Positions 62,381 through 64,000 of a stretch of DNA of 64,000 nucleotides are shown piece after piece; positions within the stretch are counted from its first letter, which is position 1; each line of letters begins with the position of its first letter. Origin of the DNA: Anaeromyxobacteraceae bacterium (GTDB lineage: Bacteria > Myxococcota > Myxococcia > Myxococcales > Anaeromyxobacteraceae). The stretch lies in NCBI GenBank assembly GCA_047602405.1, contig JASGHJ010000002.1, forward strand, positions 3,296,001-3,360,000, in the 5' to 3' direction. The notes beneath the pieces were generated by a model that had not been told where the DNA came from, made no database searches, and worked only from the letters and a program-made list of their open reading frames with translations. Position numbers and translations under genes: made by a program.

Positions 62381-64000
62381 GTGACCCTGCGCCAGCTCCG
62401 GGAGGCCGTGCTCGGTTCGGACCGGGACGCCGGGGACCCCAGGGTCCTCGAGAGCATCACGGTGGGCGTCGTCATGGCGTGGATCGCCATGGGCGGCGAC
62501 CTCCTCGGCTCGTGCGTGTACGGCCCCGACGTCCTCACCCGCACGAGCGGCGGCAACCGCTCGGTGCTCGTGGTGGCCGGCCTCGCGACGGTGGTCACCC
62601 TCGGCGTGCTCGCGTACGCGTACACGCGGATGGTGGCCCACTTCCCGCATGGCGGGGGCGGCTACACCGCGGCGAAGCACGTGGTGAGCGAGAAGCTGGC
62701 GCTCGTCTCGGGCGTCGCGCTCGTGTTCGACGCGGGCTTCAACGTGGCGGTCTCGGTCGTCGCCTGCGTGGAGGCGGCCGCGGCGATGCTGCCGCCCGCG
62801 TGGAGCGCCGCGCGGCTCCCCCTCGCGCTCGGGCTCGTGGCGGTGCTCGCGTTCCTCAACCTCCGCGGGGTGAAGGAGTCGGTCGCGGTGCTCGTCCCCA
62901 TCGTGATCGCGTTCGTCGGCTCTCACGCGCTCGTGCTGGGACTCGCCATCGCCGAGCGGGCGGGCGCGCTGCCGGAGGTGATCGGCCGCGTCCCCGCCGA
63001 CCTCGGGGCGCTCGCGGGCGAGCAGGGCTCCTGGGGCGCGCTCGGCACGGTGCTCCGCGCCTACGCGCTCGGCGGCGCGATCTACACCGGGCTCGAGTCG
63101 GTCTCGAACGGCGTGCCGCTGCTCCGCGAGCCCAAGGTCCGCTCCGCGCGCCGGACCATGGCGCTCGTCGCGGGGATCCCGGCGCTCATCATCACGGTCA
63201 TCCTGGCCGCGTTCGTCCTGTACGGCGTCGCCCCCGAGGGTGACCGGCCGATGAACGCCATCCTCCTCCAGCACGTGTCGGCGATCCTCCCCGAGGGCCC
63301 CTGGCGGACGCTCGCGGTCTCGGTCCCGCTCGCCGCCGAGGCGGCGCTCCTCCTCATGGCCGCGCAGACGGGCTTCGTGGACGGCCCCCGCATCCTGGGC
63401 GCGCTCGCGACCGACCGGTTCCTCCCGAAGCGGCTCACGCGCCTCAACGGCCGGCTCGCGCCGGCGCCCGGCATCCTGGTGGTCGCGGCCATCGCCCTCG
63501 CCGCCGTCGGCGTGACCGGCGGCCGGCTCGAGCCGCTCATCGCGGTCTTCGTGGTGAGCGTCTTCGTGACCTTCTCCTTCAGCCAGTGGACGATGCTGAA
63601 GCACGCGCTGCGCCGGCGGCACCTCGGCACGCCCTGGCGGCCCGACGCGACGACCCACGCCGTGGGGCTCGCGCTCTGCCTGCGTGATCCTCGGCGGGAG
63701 CGTCGCGACCTGGCGCGCCGGCTCGGCGGTCGCGCTCAGCCTCGTGGCCGCGACGACCGCGCTCGCGCTCGCGATCCGGCGCCGCTACCGGGACCTCGCC
63801 CGGGCGGAGCAGCGGGTCGGCGCCGAGGCCACCCCGCCGGTCCTCCCGCCGGAGCGGCAGGGCCCGGAGGTGGCGCCGGGCCGGCTCATCGCGCGGGACG
63901 CCCCGGTGGCGATCCTCGTCCTCGGCGATCGCGCCGCCTACGCTCGCTTCGCGCTCGCGTGGCTCGCCCGGCGCGTGAACGGCCTGGGGGGCATCGTGCT
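62381..64000 (+). CDS. APC-family amino acid permease (3' partial; apparent +1 frameshift near 63682)
   Basis: Not in the ORF track because it has no stop. Reads G.D.LGS..YGP, FP.GGGGY, YTGLESVSNGVP.LREP and AAQTGF.DGPR. Confidence 0.85.
   Translation, partial: MTLRQLREAVLGSDRDAGDPRVLESITVGVVMAWIAMGGDLLGSCVYGPDVLTRTSGGNRSVLVVAGLATVVTLGVLAYAYTRMVAHFPHGGGGYTAAKHVVSEKLALVSGVALVFDAGFNVAVSVVACVEAAAAMLPPAWSAARLPLALGLVAVLAFLNLRGVKESVAVLVPIVIAFVGSHALVLGLAIAERAGALPEVIGRVPADLGALAGEQGSWGALGTVLRAYALGGAIYTGLESVSNGVPLLREPKVRSARRTMALVAGIPALIITVILAAFVLYGVAPEGDRPMNAILLQHVSAILPEGPWRTLAVSVPLAAEAALLLMAAQTGFVDGPRILGALATDRFLPKRLTRLNGRLAPAPGILVVAAIALAAVGVTGGRLEPLIAVFVVSVFVTFSFSQWTMLKHALRRRHLGTPWRPDATTHAVGLALCLRDPRRERRDLARRLGGRAQPRGRDDRARARDPAPLPGPRPGGAAGRRRGHPAGPPAGAAGPGGGAGPAHRAGRPGGDPRPRRSRRLRSLRARVARPARERPGGHRA

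Overview
Very GC-rich chromosomal window, most consistent with an Anaeromyxobacter-like member of the Myxococcota. The inference rests on a MYXO-CTERM-type M36 protease, an AgmX/PglI-like protein and a spore-coat-U chaperone-usher operon. It holds about 55 protein genes: metY, deoB, deoC, cydAB beside a sigma-54 two-component system, ttcA, cyoE, an NHEJ locus (ligD/ku), a glycan-modification cluster and transporters. It also has one tRNA-Ala(CGC) and two complete IS elements (IS4 and IS630 families), both inserted at CTAG. Eight genic +1 frameshifts, mostly next to GATC, look like sequencing or consensus errors. Main unexplained structures: (i) a tandem DUF222-like/HNH gene bracketed by 14-bp inverted repeats, with an 86-bp internally deleted copy 2 kb away, suggesting a mobile element without a recognisable transposase; (ii) two inverted ~255-nt copies of a long hairpin with several compensatory base changes and a variable apical segment (27061-27727); (iii) a REP-like palindrome found both intergenically and in-frame inside ligD; (iv) four CRP/FNR-type boxes upstream of a 45-aa membrane peptide gene. 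No CRISPR array, rRNA or integrase was seen. Family assignments come from motif recognition by eye, not database searches.
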